DNA of 64,000 nucleotides, taken from a virus. Taxonomy: Duplodnaviria; Heunggongvirae; Uroviricota; Caudoviricetes. The stretch is from IMG/VR virus record IMGVR_UViG_3300028887_000066, positions 1 through 64,000 of that record, one strand, 5' to 3'. Position numbers and translations under genes: made by a program. Positions 42,001-51,900 of this stretch are shown here, one piece after another (position 1 is the stretch's first letter; each line of letters starts with the position of its first letter). The notes beneath the pieces are model-generated. The model ran no database searches. It saw nothing but the letters and a program-made list of their open reading frames with translations, and was not told where the DNA came from.

Positions 42001-44658
42001 TATAAACCTCTTTTTGAAATTAACCACTCTCAAAATATCATCGTCTTCAGATTCTGGGTCTTTAAACTCATTATTAGCCAAAGCCGAATTTACCTGTGTG
42101 CTAAATTCATTTGTGTCTAACTTTATTCTCTCAGAAAGCTTTTCACCACTTTCATCAGCAGACTTTTTCCATCGTTGAATATCTTCATACCTGTCATAAC
42201 CAAATACTCGCAACAATTTATCTGAACTCTCCTTATCTTTATAATATATAGCAGAACCCTTTTTATCACTTGTAAAGTATATGGCCGTATTTATTTCAGA
42301 AGATGTAACCCCACTATTACCTATTTCTATAACCGACGCAAGACTTTCTGTTTGTTGCTTACCATAGTAATTCTTTAAATCTTCTAATATATTAAGATCA
42401 TTTTCTTTTGCCCTTAATAAATGTTCTTTAAATTTTTTACTTGGTACATTTTTATGTAGACTAGTATAATTAGCCGCTTCATTTATGCCTATACTATCCA
42501 TATCGTCCCCACATTGATACCTTGAAATCAAATAGCGGCAAGTATAAAAATAAAGCAATTCGCCAAACATGTCATCTTCATTTGGACTTGTCGTAAAATA
42601 AGAATACGGATTAACGCCGTCATGAAGTACATCAGTAAGAGCCAACATATTAAAACCGCTATTGTTTACGGTTTTGGCTTCATCATTATAATTTTTATCA
42701 TTAAGTCCATTCGCTATATATTCCTTTGCTTTACTTTTAGCCGCTAAAGCGCCTGACAATAATTTTTCCACGTATTCCACTTCAGGCATATTCTTCAACT
42801 CAGGAATTGATCCAGGATAAACCTCTACTCGCTTATTGTCTTCTTGTTTAAAAAAAGCAGCAAATGGGGGGACAAAACTATCATTAGTAGCATAAGCGTT
42901 AAGGTCTGTCATTTCACGGCTAATTCCAAAACTACTTAGTTTTCTGTTCGAGCTTTTTATCTCCTTCAATTTACCGTAGAATCCCCTCATGAAGCAATCC
43001 ATATGGGCAAAAAGCATCCTAAAATAGTTATTTATTGTTGGAATAAAACCAAGTGCTGCAACACAAGCATCGTTCATATATTTAGTGTTTTCAGTAGCCT
43101 TAGATGATATTCTCATGTTAAGGTCTGAAATCCTATTATTTATTTTTTTATGAACATCACTAAACAGCATTAAACGACTAAACCAATTTCTATTTGGGTG
43201 TTCAACAAGACTTCCGTAAATTGACGGAAAATTATCACTCAGCCCATTTAAAGATGTTAAATTCGATGTTTCTGGGCAAGTTCTATTCGCTCTTTCAACG
43301 TATTCGTTTCCATTTTTATCATAGAAACCATCACAATTAGTTTTAAGTGTAACATCCTTTCGTAAAGAACCGTCGTTTAAAAATATTTGTGGAAAAACGG
43401 CGTTTAGTTTTGTCTCGGCATTACTTTCATATTCCTCATATTTATCAACAAACTCCTTCCAATAGTCTTTATCATATACTATCTCCGTTTCTTTTGTCTC
43501 ACCAAGACATAACAATCCAATGATATGTCCGCCTTCTATTTCTGTTAATACCTTAACATCGTGATTTCCATTTTTTATACTTTTTGTAAAATTTGACAAA
43601 ACTTCCACAATACCATTTAAAGTGTTAATTTCGTTTTGCCATTTTATACCATCATTAAACGTGGTATCCTCGGTCTCCCCGCTTTTAAACTCATCTTTCT
43701 TTTTGTTAAGTTTGTCGCATCTTTCCAAATATTCAATAAAAGTACATATCCTGTTTCCTTCTCCTCCACTTCCATTATCAAATTTATAATCGGCATCATC
43801 CCACTCTGCCCAATGTTCCTTTTCTGTCTCAAGGTTCATTCCATAATAAGGCGCACAGATAAGGAAATTAAGAGGAACATCCGTATAAAGCCCATACATA
43901 TATCCAATAAACGACACAGTAACCTCAAAATTCCCTGTCTCTGAATTAAAGTTATTTTTAAATTCATTTACAGCAAGAATAAATGTGATACTATTTCCAT
44001 AATAGCCTTTTATGGTAAGCAAAAATCTTGGATAAGGAAAACGAAACAATGCCCTGAAAAAATTATTGTAACCTGTAGCAAATTGACCCGCAACATTATC
44101 ACTTATATTTTTCCTTGCTTTCTGATCGGCTATATAAGCCATATCAGTAGGCATCATGAGCGAATATCCCCTTACGTCAATAAACTTAATGTTAACCTGA
44201 GGATAAAAATGTGAATCAAATGTAATATCAACGGATTCTATACCAAGACTTTCCTTATCACTTTTCTTGTCTCGATACATCTCCTGATAACTTGCATTCA
44301 AATATGACGTTGTGAGGTCATTACTAATTGTAGTGACCTCATCGTTATGGTTTTTACCTTCAATATCCGAACCCTGCATGAACGAAATATAACGTCCAAG
44401 TGCCGTACTATTATCATTTGTTATCTCAACAGTGAATATTTCATTGAAACTGTGTTGCCCACAATCTTCCCTATTAGGCATGATGACCTGTAGGTCAACA
44501 GACATATTTAAATCCTCAGGATTCCAAAAATGCCCATCAACATGGTGATTTGAATCTGTCACGGCACTTCCGTTAAAACTATGTACGCCCTCAAGTGCCA
44601 CCAAATCATTAGGCTCTATATACAAAAGCCTGCCATTTGTCTTCGTTACATTAGCCAT
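39082..44658 (-). CDS. Baseplate hub / tail-associated lysin with C-terminal NlpC/P60-type amidase and lysozyme-like domains
   Basis: 1858 aa. Hub-like motif SVEMLGCANIMPLMYFQLNNIPMFRGAYIITNVEHHI. Catalytic Cys/His pattern WCATAVS...YGHVCMYSGDKWVSDFGQ. Distal TPKTIIYKYCPPDADEN domain. Confidence 0.7.
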   Translation of the reverse strand: MANVTKTNGRLLYIEPNDLVALEGVHSFNGSAVTDSNHHVDGHFWNPEDLNMSVDLQVIMPNREDCGQHSFNEIFTVEITNDNSTALGRYISFMQGSDIEGKNHNDEVTTISNDLTTSYLNASYQEMYRDKKSDKESLGIESVDITFDSHFYPQVNIKFIDVRGYSLMMPTDMAYIADQKARKNISDNVAGQFATGYNNFFRALFRFPYPRFLLTIKGYYGNSITFILAVNEFKNNFNSETGNFEVTVSFIGYMYGLYTDVPLNFLICAPYYGMNLETEKEHWAEWDDADYKFDNGSGGEGNRICTFIEYLERCDKLNKKKDEFKSGETEDTTFNDGIKWQNEINTLNGIVEVLSNFTKSIKNGNHDVKVLTEIEGGHIIGLLCLGETKETEIVYDKDYWKEFVDKYEEYESNAETKLNAVFPQIFLNDGSLRKDVTLKTNCDGFYDKNGNEYVERANRTCPETSNLTSLNGLSDNFPSIYGSLVEHPNRNWFSRLMLFSDVHKKINNRISDLNMRISSKATENTKYMNDACVAALGFIPTINNYFRMLFAHMDCFMRGFYGKLKEIKSSNRKLSSFGISREMTDLNAYATNDSFVPPFAAFFKQEDNKRVEVYPGSIPELKNMPEVEYVEKLLSGALAAKSKAKEYIANGLNDKNYNDEAKTVNNSGFNMLALTDVLHDGVNPYSYFTTSPNEDDMFGELLYFYTCRYLISRYQCGDDMDSIGINEAANYTSLHKNVPSKKFKEHLLRAKENDLNILEDLKNYYGKQQTESLASVIEIGNSGVTSSEINTAIYFTSDKKGSAIYYKDKESSDKLLRVFGYDRYEDIQRWKKSADESGEKLSERIKLDTNEFSTQVNSALANNEFKDPESEDDDILRVVNFKKRFIHRHFSSYGRMINGNNGYNLSLFVYDLMETLIWDYPSNLLSGRGNNRHEFIWRTTRSDAFKNLFRYIGEISNKTSITCISPLTLMFIHSYLSGYYDDTSHYYYYYGDSSRGFQKDFKECTDNLSTIIKEEAKKVFDKFLASNEWRTISNYLKNIIIDNGSPSEDVDNHNSVALREMLYDGIFSNIHKKYFYEIKDENNGDSISMPLSEYVAFVNALSNVYGDQKSLEEAAENNVDETDITENYKLEAYNALKNLYDKWINSYSVSDFELRTPIDDFDVKTSRYVNDQLHYGSNNGHRGIKEYDNFVFIDSFYNDISSRFKINPDTIYKLIADQLDNKSNYSVYEFMADVCQKNRLLFLALPVLNNFYSKNGLENIFRPQIENTMKRGFGSTYVCMYTYEVSHVLEDESQTSMCDDGITDLNDIASNAAPTTIANLFNKSQSGMPLTIPAFGVTYARQNQQYFKNINVNMDNPRVTDYSIANLFELANWKNDGTLEKPYTIANDVYSIYANRSYNCSVEMLGCANIMPLMYFQLNNIPMFRGAYIITNVEHHIRAGNFSTLFTGVRVSRNQLAFNDDIFNIRRVVGTTTNMDGGLEVYNPVASAVDCSDFDPSKAVELMMGTLCNRDGTKCAYPSPYVTSSSGHWCATAVSKYISVALGYDKDRCRIGNGVQASGYVDSEQGVRKYNFELIPSSESSEYTIPAGWTRAQRQQWTRENALPGDVACMYDGNYSYKALKGYKNGQAQYAYGHVCMYSGDKWVSDFGQSDMYVYNTSDPDRKNLKPIYILRHKNCHKKTVQTMQASGNYHLCEALNYPRNSGKTPHSPFRIFNITRSSEWDKWNGYGINITPKSNFTDYHNRRFTTHTDAVSACKLFILYIKEKYFDVGRNTPKTIIYKYCPPDADENKNNQWCHYIPSLCSFLTKNNAAHKTYDENTVISWDKENICLLGEIMARIEQGINVKAYMPSAWDGIYNT

Positions 44659-44975
44659 TAATCAATAGTATATAAACTGTCGTAATAATCAATCCTCTTA
44701 TTATACTCCTCCAAAGTCTGTTGTAACGGATACGGCACTCTTATGTCGTATCCGTCAGGTATCTCAAATTCCAAGGACGCAACATCGTTATTGGCCATTA
44801 GTATAAGCCAATCATAATTAGGGTCTCCATATATGTCAAACGACACATTGTCCAACCGCGTAAAACCCTTTTTATATGTTACATACATATCACTCGACTT
44901 GAACGGTATGTCTATTTTTGGTACTTTCTTCATTGAACCGTTCCTTATTAGCTTCGTATATCTGTTATATGCCAT
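44658..44975 (-). CDS. Baseplate wedge protein, gp53 / LysM-like
   Basis: TRLDNVSFDIYGDPNYDWLILMAN...IPDGYDIRVP is a gp53/LysM-type signature. Confidence 0.8.
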   Translation of the reverse strand: MAYNRYTKLIRNGSMKKVPKIDIPFKSSDMYVTYKKGFTRLDNVSFDIYGDPNYDWLILMANNDVASLEFEIPDGYDIRVPYPLQQTLEEYNKRIDYYDSLYTID

Positions 44976-44992
44976 AATTGCAAACCTTTCAT

Positions 44993-47900
44993 TTATTTAG
45001 ATGGAGTATATAATTTCTTGTAGATAAGTTTTCCTGTTCCATTATCTATTTCAACTCTATCAGACCTGTTATCGTATACGCCTGAATTTGCATAATAATC
45101 AAATGTCTGAGCATTCTGTAACCTATTAATAGGCATATTGAGAGCCTGACCGCCAAGCAAAACGATACCCATACTCACATTCGCATACATAGGTTGCACG
45201 CCAATACCTTCAGGATTCAAATCCCATTGCATACCATCGCTTGAATAGGTTATATTCATCGATTGTATTATAATCCTTGAATAGATAAAATCACCTATTC
45301 TAAGCACACATACAGGCATACGCCCAAATGACAGGTTTCCTGCTGTAGGGGCTGTATTCGCGTAATCAGACAAATCAGATGCCGATACAGTATGTCCTTG
45401 TCTTGTACATTGGTGCAAGAAATTAAGCCTTTCGTTAAAACCTTCAGGGGTCATTGAGTGGAACGCTGGGTCAAAATACCTATATTTATCCTTGATACTC
45501 TTATACAAAACAGGGTCATTCACATCAAGTTCTTTGAAAAATTGATATTCATTGGCATAGCGTATCTTAGACATTTCATCATTTGCATCAGCACGTACAT
45601 TCAAAGTTCTTAAATACGTAACCTGATTTCCCTGTGAGTCCATACTTGTAATCATGGAACCGTCGGCATTTTGATTACCATCATTTACATCGCTATTAGT
45701 TGCTTGTTCGTCATCAATATTTCCAGCATTTGAAACAGTTGGATTATTTAATACAATAGTCACTATTGCACAACGCTGCAATTTTGGGTCAGGTGTATTA
45801 ATTTCCATATTATCCTCTGACACACTTGACTCTTTTGTACCAAATTCAACATTACCGCTAAAATTCAACGCCTCTTTCAATGTAGAACCTACACATTTCG
45901 CACGTCTATTAGCCAACTTATCAGTATTTTTGTTATCTTGATTTGTCGCAACACCATCTACTTTTATGGAAGATACTTGTCCGTTAGAGAATAGATCACT
46001 CAACTCCGTTATTTTCCCCTCACTGTCAGAATTGATACCTTTTATAAAGTTTTTCTCGCCATCACTGAGCTGACTGTTAAATATAGCGGCAAATACCTCG
46101 GCAAATGTATATGTAGCCCCGTATTCTGTACTTGGCTTGTCCAATTTACTATTCATATAGTATGATGATGTGTCAGTATAACTTGATTGGATAAGTCCAG
46201 GCTGTCTTAAATCCATATCTACACGATAATAAAACTTTCTATACGGTTTTTGTATTTTTTCCGTTTCTGAAAGTTCTGTTCCATAATACCAATTTCCAGA
46301 ACCTTTAGTGCCATAGTTTCTCGCCCAATTAAAATTTTCTCCATCGACACTACTTATACCATTTGCCGACATTTCATAGCCACAATATTCTGAGCCATCA
46401 GAAGGTACGGTCAGATTTTTACCAAATAACAGATATTTCCACCAATCATCATCAAGGTATCCTTTAGTTTCCCATTGACTCTGCTGAACTCTTTCATCAC
46501 CTATATAATTTCTGTTTCCTGAATAATTATTCGGGAAAAATACAGCAAATTTTATTTCTTTTCCGTCACCAGGTATTTCTTGTATTAGTCTGATGGGATT
46601 TTGATCATCTCCATTCTCATCTTGTACATCATCTTTAACTATAAGTGGTTGGCATCCAGCATAAAAACGAAGTATATCATCATCTATAGTACCATTCTGA
46701 CTTTGTTTGTCTTTCTCATCGACAGCATTGATGACTGATGGATGGTCTATAAGCAACGTAAAACTTAATTGCCCCGTCCTATCAGTATTAGAATATGTGT
46801 AAACCTTTTCACCACGCCCAATAAATGAATTAGCAGACCAATCTACTGTTACATTTTCTTGAAAATCAAGGTCATATGGTGGAAACCACATTATTCTTCC
46901 TTGGTTTGGCCCTATTTGTTCGCTTGATAGGCTATTCCCTTTTCTAGAATAATCTTTCCATGCTAAATTTTCAATCGAGAACATACATCTTTTAATATCC
47001 TCGTTTTCTGCACTATATGGAGTGATCTTGGTCATTCCATTTTTTTGGAGTACACTGTTTTTTATCAGATATTGCGCTCCGCCTTCTGAATCAATATATC
47101 CTCCATTCCCATCAGTAACTCTCGCCCTATATTTTTTCACCAATTCATCGTCACGTATGTCTTTTACGACGACAGTATCACCACTTAATCCCGTAAATGG
47201 TCTTATGGCATCTCTATATCTTGAATATTGGCGATGATACGTCCACGCTCTACAATACGGATTCTGGTATGCGGAAGTGGTACTTTCATTCGGATTATCC
47301 TGTGCTTTTAATGTCAATAATGTACGTCCTTTTCCCCTACCAAACACATCATGCCATTGAGTATCTATTGTATTGTTTTCTATCTCCCTGTCAACACCTG
47401 TGTAATAACGCCCCACCATCGTTTTTAACTTATGGGACATAAATAGTCTATCTGTTTTGTTAATTAAACGATTATACGCTTTATTAACAGCGGTATAAGT
47501 ATCAAATTCACCACTTAAAGCGTCTATATAACCCTTAAATGACTCGTTATCTTGATTAGAGTCATCATATATTTCATGGGTAACTCTCGCAGCAACACTA
47601 CCACTCTTACCATTTTCACGATAATTAGCTTTTTCCCTGTCATATGTGCTATATATTTTACCAGGATGATATGTTGAATGTGCTACGTTTAATCTTTTAT
47701 CATCAAACTCAGAATAAAGTGTATTATATACTCCTTCAGCTTGGTTTTCTATTTGTTCAATGACCGTAGGTATCGTACTTGTTGAACCAAAGGCATCGTA
47801 TGCTTTTTCATAATCCAAGCCAATCACACCATCATTGTCAGATGTAATAATATCTTCTAAATGAATTATCTTAGTATCAATACCTAATTCATCTCTTGTA

Positions 47901-48760
47901 CGTCCTGTACGCTGATCAATCCTTAAAATATCACTCAGTCTGAATATGGTTTGTAAATTATTACCATACAAACCGAATAACGTAGGAGTTATATAGGGAT
48001 GCCCTGAACTTATTTTATCTCTTCCCCTTGTCGAATTGAACTTAGCACCGTTATATAATGCCTGAGAATATAATTGGCTGGTAATGATGCCTAATCTCGT
48101 GTCAGAAGCTTCCGAAACAAGTGCTTGCTGTCCACTGATACTACCTTTAGTAGCTGAATTGATACCATTAAGAACCCAATTACCTAAATTAGTGAATCCT
48201 CTCTTATAGCCATCAGGATTTGTTGTAATTTCACCATTTAATGCTTCTGCTACACGTAAATCTTTAACTACACCTACCTCAGTCTCTCTTAATGCGTATT
48301 CAGTCTTTACATTAGCCATTATACCGTTGATAAAAGTAAATGCATTGGACTGATTCGAAGCAAAAAGATTATCAATATACAAACGGTAGTCTTCAAAACT
48401 ACCTCCCCATCGCTGCATATTGGCACTAAAGCTGTCATTCACAGAAAAAGGTCTCTCTTGTTCTCCATTTGCGTAATAATAGAAATTCTTATGTCTTGAG
48501 GTAACTTCATAATCGGGTTTATCTCCATATGTATATGCCAATAGACCAAGGTTATCTGTCATTGACTTTACATCCTTGGTCTGAATTTGATAATATTGCC
48601 CCATTAATGGGTATATATCATTCTTGTATTGAGCATATGTATCCTTCAAAATGATCAATTTGTTACGTATATCGGTATTTTTTTTCAAAACGCCATCTAC
48701 TTTCTTGATATTTGAGATACTTCTATCATTTACATTCCTTTTTCTTTTCTGAGTGCCCAT
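44993..48760 (-). CDS. Large baseplate / tail-tube-initiator-like protein with an OmpA-like domain
   Basis: 1255 aa directly downstream of the tape measure gene. Tube-like motif WSANSFIGRGEKVYTYSNTDRTGQLSFTL. OmpA_C-like motif IKVDGVAT...NTDKLANRRAKCV...QRCAIV. Confidence 0.6.
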   Translation of the reverse strand: MGTQKRKRNVNDRSISNIKKVDGVLKKNTDIRNKLIILKDTYAQYKNDIYPLMGQYYQIQTKDVKSMTDNLGLLAYTYGDKPDYEVTSRHKNFYYYANGEQERPFSVNDSFSANMQRWGGSFEDYRLYIDNLFASNQSNAFTFINGIMANVKTEYALRETEVGVVKDLRVAEALNGEITTNPDGYKRGFTNLGNWVLNGINSATKGSISGQQALVSEASDTRLGIITSQLYSQALYNGAKFNSTRGRDKISSGHPYITPTLFGLYGNNLQTIFRLSDILRIDQRTGRTRDELGIDTKIIHLEDIITSDNDGVIGLDYEKAYDAFGSTSTIPTVIEQIENQAEGVYNTLYSEFDDKRLNVAHSTYHPGKIYSTYDREKANYRENGKSGSVAARVTHEIYDDSNQDNESFKGYIDALSGEFDTYTAVNKAYNRLINKTDRLFMSHKLKTMVGRYYTGVDREIENNTIDTQWHDVFGRGKGRTLLTLKAQDNPNESTTSAYQNPYCRAWTYHRQYSRYRDAIRPFTGLSGDTVVVKDIRDDELVKKYRARVTDGNGGYIDSEGGAQYLIKNSVLQKNGMTKITPYSAENEDIKRCMFSIENLAWKDYSRKGNSLSSEQIGPNQGRIMWFPPYDLDFQENVTVDWSANSFIGRGEKVYTYSNTDRTGQLSFTLLIDHPSVINAVDEKDKQSQNGTIDDDILRFYAGCQPLIVKDDVQDENGDDQNPIRLIQEIPGDGKEIKFAVFFPNNYSGNRNYIGDERVQQSQWETKGYLDDDWWKYLLFGKNLTVPSDGSEYCGYEMSANGISSVDGENFNWARNYGTKGSGNWYYGTELSETEKIQKPYRKFYYRVDMDLRQPGLIQSSYTDTSSYYMNSKLDKPSTEYGATYTFAEVFAAIFNSQLSDGEKNFIKGINSDSEGKITELSDLFSNGQVSSIKVDGVATNQDNKNTDKLANRRAKCVGSTLKEALNFSGNVEFGTKESSVSEDNMEINTPDPKLQRCAIVTIVLNNPTVSNAGNIDDEQATNSDVNDGNQNADGSMITSMDSQGNQVTYLRTLNVRADANDEMSKIRYANEYQFFKELDVNDPVLYKSIKDKYRYFDPAFHSMTPEGFNERLNFLHQCTRQGHTVSASDLSDYANTAPTAGNLSFGRMPVCVLRIGDFIYSRIIIQSMNITYSSDGMQWDLNPEGIGVQPMYANVSMGIVLLGGQALNMPINRLQNAQTFDYYANSGVYDNRSDRVEIDNGTGKLIYKKLYTPSK

Positions 48761-48915
48761 GTTATCTAGATATTATCTAAACTAGAATAAAATAATTTTT
48801 ATATATAATAACATGTACTAGCTAGAAGCTATATAACATGAATAATATATATTATTTTTTTATATATTAAATAAAATATTCATGTTATCATGTTAATATC
48901 CTAGATCTACATGAA
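48761..48915. other. Extremely AT-rich, palindrome-dense intergenic region (candidate origin or protein-binding site)
   Basis: 16-bp palindrome aataatatatattatt (48841-48856), 12-bp inverted repeat ataacatgaata/tattcatgttat (48833-48844, 48877-48888), and clustered CTAG and CATG words. Confidence 0.4.
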
Positions 48916-48953
48916 AAATTAACTGTTAAAAGTTACAAAAATATCTTCAACAA

Positions 48954-51900
48954 TTAGAATTTCTTGTAGTGACTGTTCTTGTCGTAGCTCATATGTGTCT
49001 TTACATTGAACTTTTTCATCACTTCATTGGTTATCTTTTCAATGAATAATGGATTATCGAGTAATTTCTTAGCATCAATTTCCTTTGAATATGCCCCTAA
49101 ATCCAATTTAATTGTTCCTGTAACATTAATAGGTGATATATCGACTCTTGACGGGCCGATGTCCTCCCTATTAACACCAACAGCATTAAATGGTTGATCA
49201 ACGTGCGTGATATTCATTTCATTACCCCTTGGTGTAACGGTTATATTGTTCACTACATCACTCTGCCTGAATGATGGAATGAACGGATTTTCCATAAACC
49301 TTTGATTTACAGGAATTTGACCTGTAATAACAGGTTTTGCAACAGGATTATTAAGACCACCATCCCTAAATTTAGGTATTGCAGGCAGATTTCCATTTAC
49401 ATGTTGATCATTATTTTCATTACCCCTTGGTGTAACGGTTATATTGTTCACTACATCACTCTGCCTGAATGATGGAATGTTGTAATTACCTCCAACATTC
49501 CTATTGAAATAGCTTGTAATGTTAGAATTTACGTTTTGTCTATTCAAACCACCATTTTTATATCGAGGTGTCGGTTTTGTGGTTTGATCAATATGTTGAT
49601 TCCTATTAGTAATGCTAACATTGCTTATGGTATTGCTTGTACTGTCAAAAATCTGTGATGTATTATTTCCGTTATGTATATCAACAATGGCAGAATCATC
49701 CTCAATGAAGTGTGGAACTAATCGTCCGCCATCTCTCATACTTTCTAATATCTTAAAGTTTTCAGGTACTTTAACTTTATCGGCTGGTACGATATATTCA
49801 TTCTTAGATAACAGTGCCAAATTAGAATCACTTGTTTCAGTACCTATACCATTTACAACACCACCTTCTTTAAATGGGGGTATATCAGCAAGAGACAAGC
49901 CTTCTTGTTCATATATTTTTCTTGCTAACTCGTTATTACCTGCTATTACGGCCTTTCCACCATTTGCTATTGATTTAAGTTCAGAATTAGTATAATCACC
50001 CCTCAAAGCAAGCGCACCACCCGATTTATTAAGAATTTCATTTCTATATTTTTGATCCTTAAAGTTGCTACTAGCTTTAAATCCACCTATAGCACCACCG
50101 ATAACAGCACCTGCCAAAGCACCCCACGGGCCAAACATCATTCCCATTCCAGCGCCCATTCCTGCACCTTCAAGAATACTTCCTCCAACATAACGATTTC
50201 TGACAGCACCTGAGAAATCACCTCTATCCATATGCTGTGAAGCATTAGATCTGAGCATATCACCTCCTATACCTGCACCAACACTTGCAAGCATACCTAC
50301 ACCCATTCCCATTCCTGATGCTCTCATTGCATTTCCGAATGCGCCGATTCTGCCAGAGCCTCCTTGATAACGAGAGGCATTATATGCTGCTCTGAATTGT
50401 CTAAATTGACCGCCACCTCTTGCGGCAGCAACATTAGCGGCATTTACGGCATAACCTCTTGAACCACCACCTACATTTATTCTTCCACCAACAGCATCTC
50501 CACGAGGCATTGCGGGATTAGGAGACATTTGTACCGCACCTTTTTTACCAAATGAAGTCATTGCGTTATATCCGCCATTTAGCATGCCACCAGTTGCAAG
50601 TAATGCTTGGATAGACCTAACGCCAAAATTTATTACGGCTAATGTGGCGGCGTAACCTGCGATTACCCCAAGCGTCCCCTTAATAAAATTACCGATGCCC
50701 GTAATTTCAGAAAGCCTTGCCATTTGGTCATCACGAGCTTTCTGAATAGCTTCCATTTTCTCATTGTACCCAAGAAGCGTTTGAGTAATGGTCTTGATAT
50801 TGTCTGAATCCTTAATGCTTGTCTTTGTAAGAACATTTACATCTTCTTGTGTAAGTGTTGAAACATCTCTCTTAACACCATTAAGATTGACATAAGCATT
50901 ACCTCTTTCATCAAGTTGTGCCAAATTAAGTACGGCATTCTTCTGTTCCTCACTCCATCCCTTTCCGCTCACAGTAGGCTCTATTACCTTTCTTCGTCCT
51001 TGTGCAAAGATGGATTCCATAAGACCAGTATAATCCATTCCTGTGGCCTCGGCAGCGGCTCTTATCCTTTGACGATTGAATGCACTTACCTCAAGCTGAC
51101 CAGTATCTTTGTTAAATTTAGCCATGTTTCCAAACATACCCTCCAAGTTCTTTTCAAGCCCTTGGATGTCATTGAGTCCGTAATAAAGCATTCTCAATGG
51201 ATCGGAGAACTGGTTAAATGAACCACCTAACACGGATAACTGTGCGCCTGATTTCATCGCACCCTCTAAGGTAGAAACCTTATCTGCGAATCGAGCCACT
51301 TGTTGCATATCAAGTTTTATCTCCGTTGAACGCTTTGCCATTTCCTTCAGGCTGTGCAAACCTCGTTCAAATGTATAATTCTGTGCAAGTTTTATATTGT
51401 TAAGGAAATTTTTGGAATATTTTTCAAAAGAAACACCTTCTTTATTGGCTTCCTTGAACATTTCTCCAACTCTTTCTCCAACCTCATCAGGGTTAAGACC
51501 GAAATTTTCCAATGAAGTAGCAAACTGATTAGCGGCTTCATCGCCAACCATCGTCTTCATTGCAGCCATTGTTTCAAGCTCGTCCTTGGTCATATCGGTA
51601 CGTCTGCCTATAGTTGCATTGTACCTTTCCTGCAATTGGATAAGCTCTTTCGCATTGACATTATATTTGCCTTCGATGTTGTTACTTGTAGCAAATCTAA
51701 GAATGTCACCGCGCATTCTCTCAAACTGACGTTGTGACAAACCTATATGTTTTGCATAATCGGCGGCTTGTTGGTCAAGGTCTCCCCAAGGCTTATTAAT
51801 ATCCTTGACAATACCAAGAATCTCCGTAAAACCCTTCTTGATTTCAGAAATACCATTAGTGAAGCGTGCTGTATTCATTACCCTCTGATCAAGGTAATGA

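Noticed and set aside
49217-49479. CRISPR array or DGR template/variable repeat pair
   Set aside because: There are only two identical in-frame copies inside a CDS, with no adenine-specific mismatches and no reverse transcriptase or cas genes in the window.
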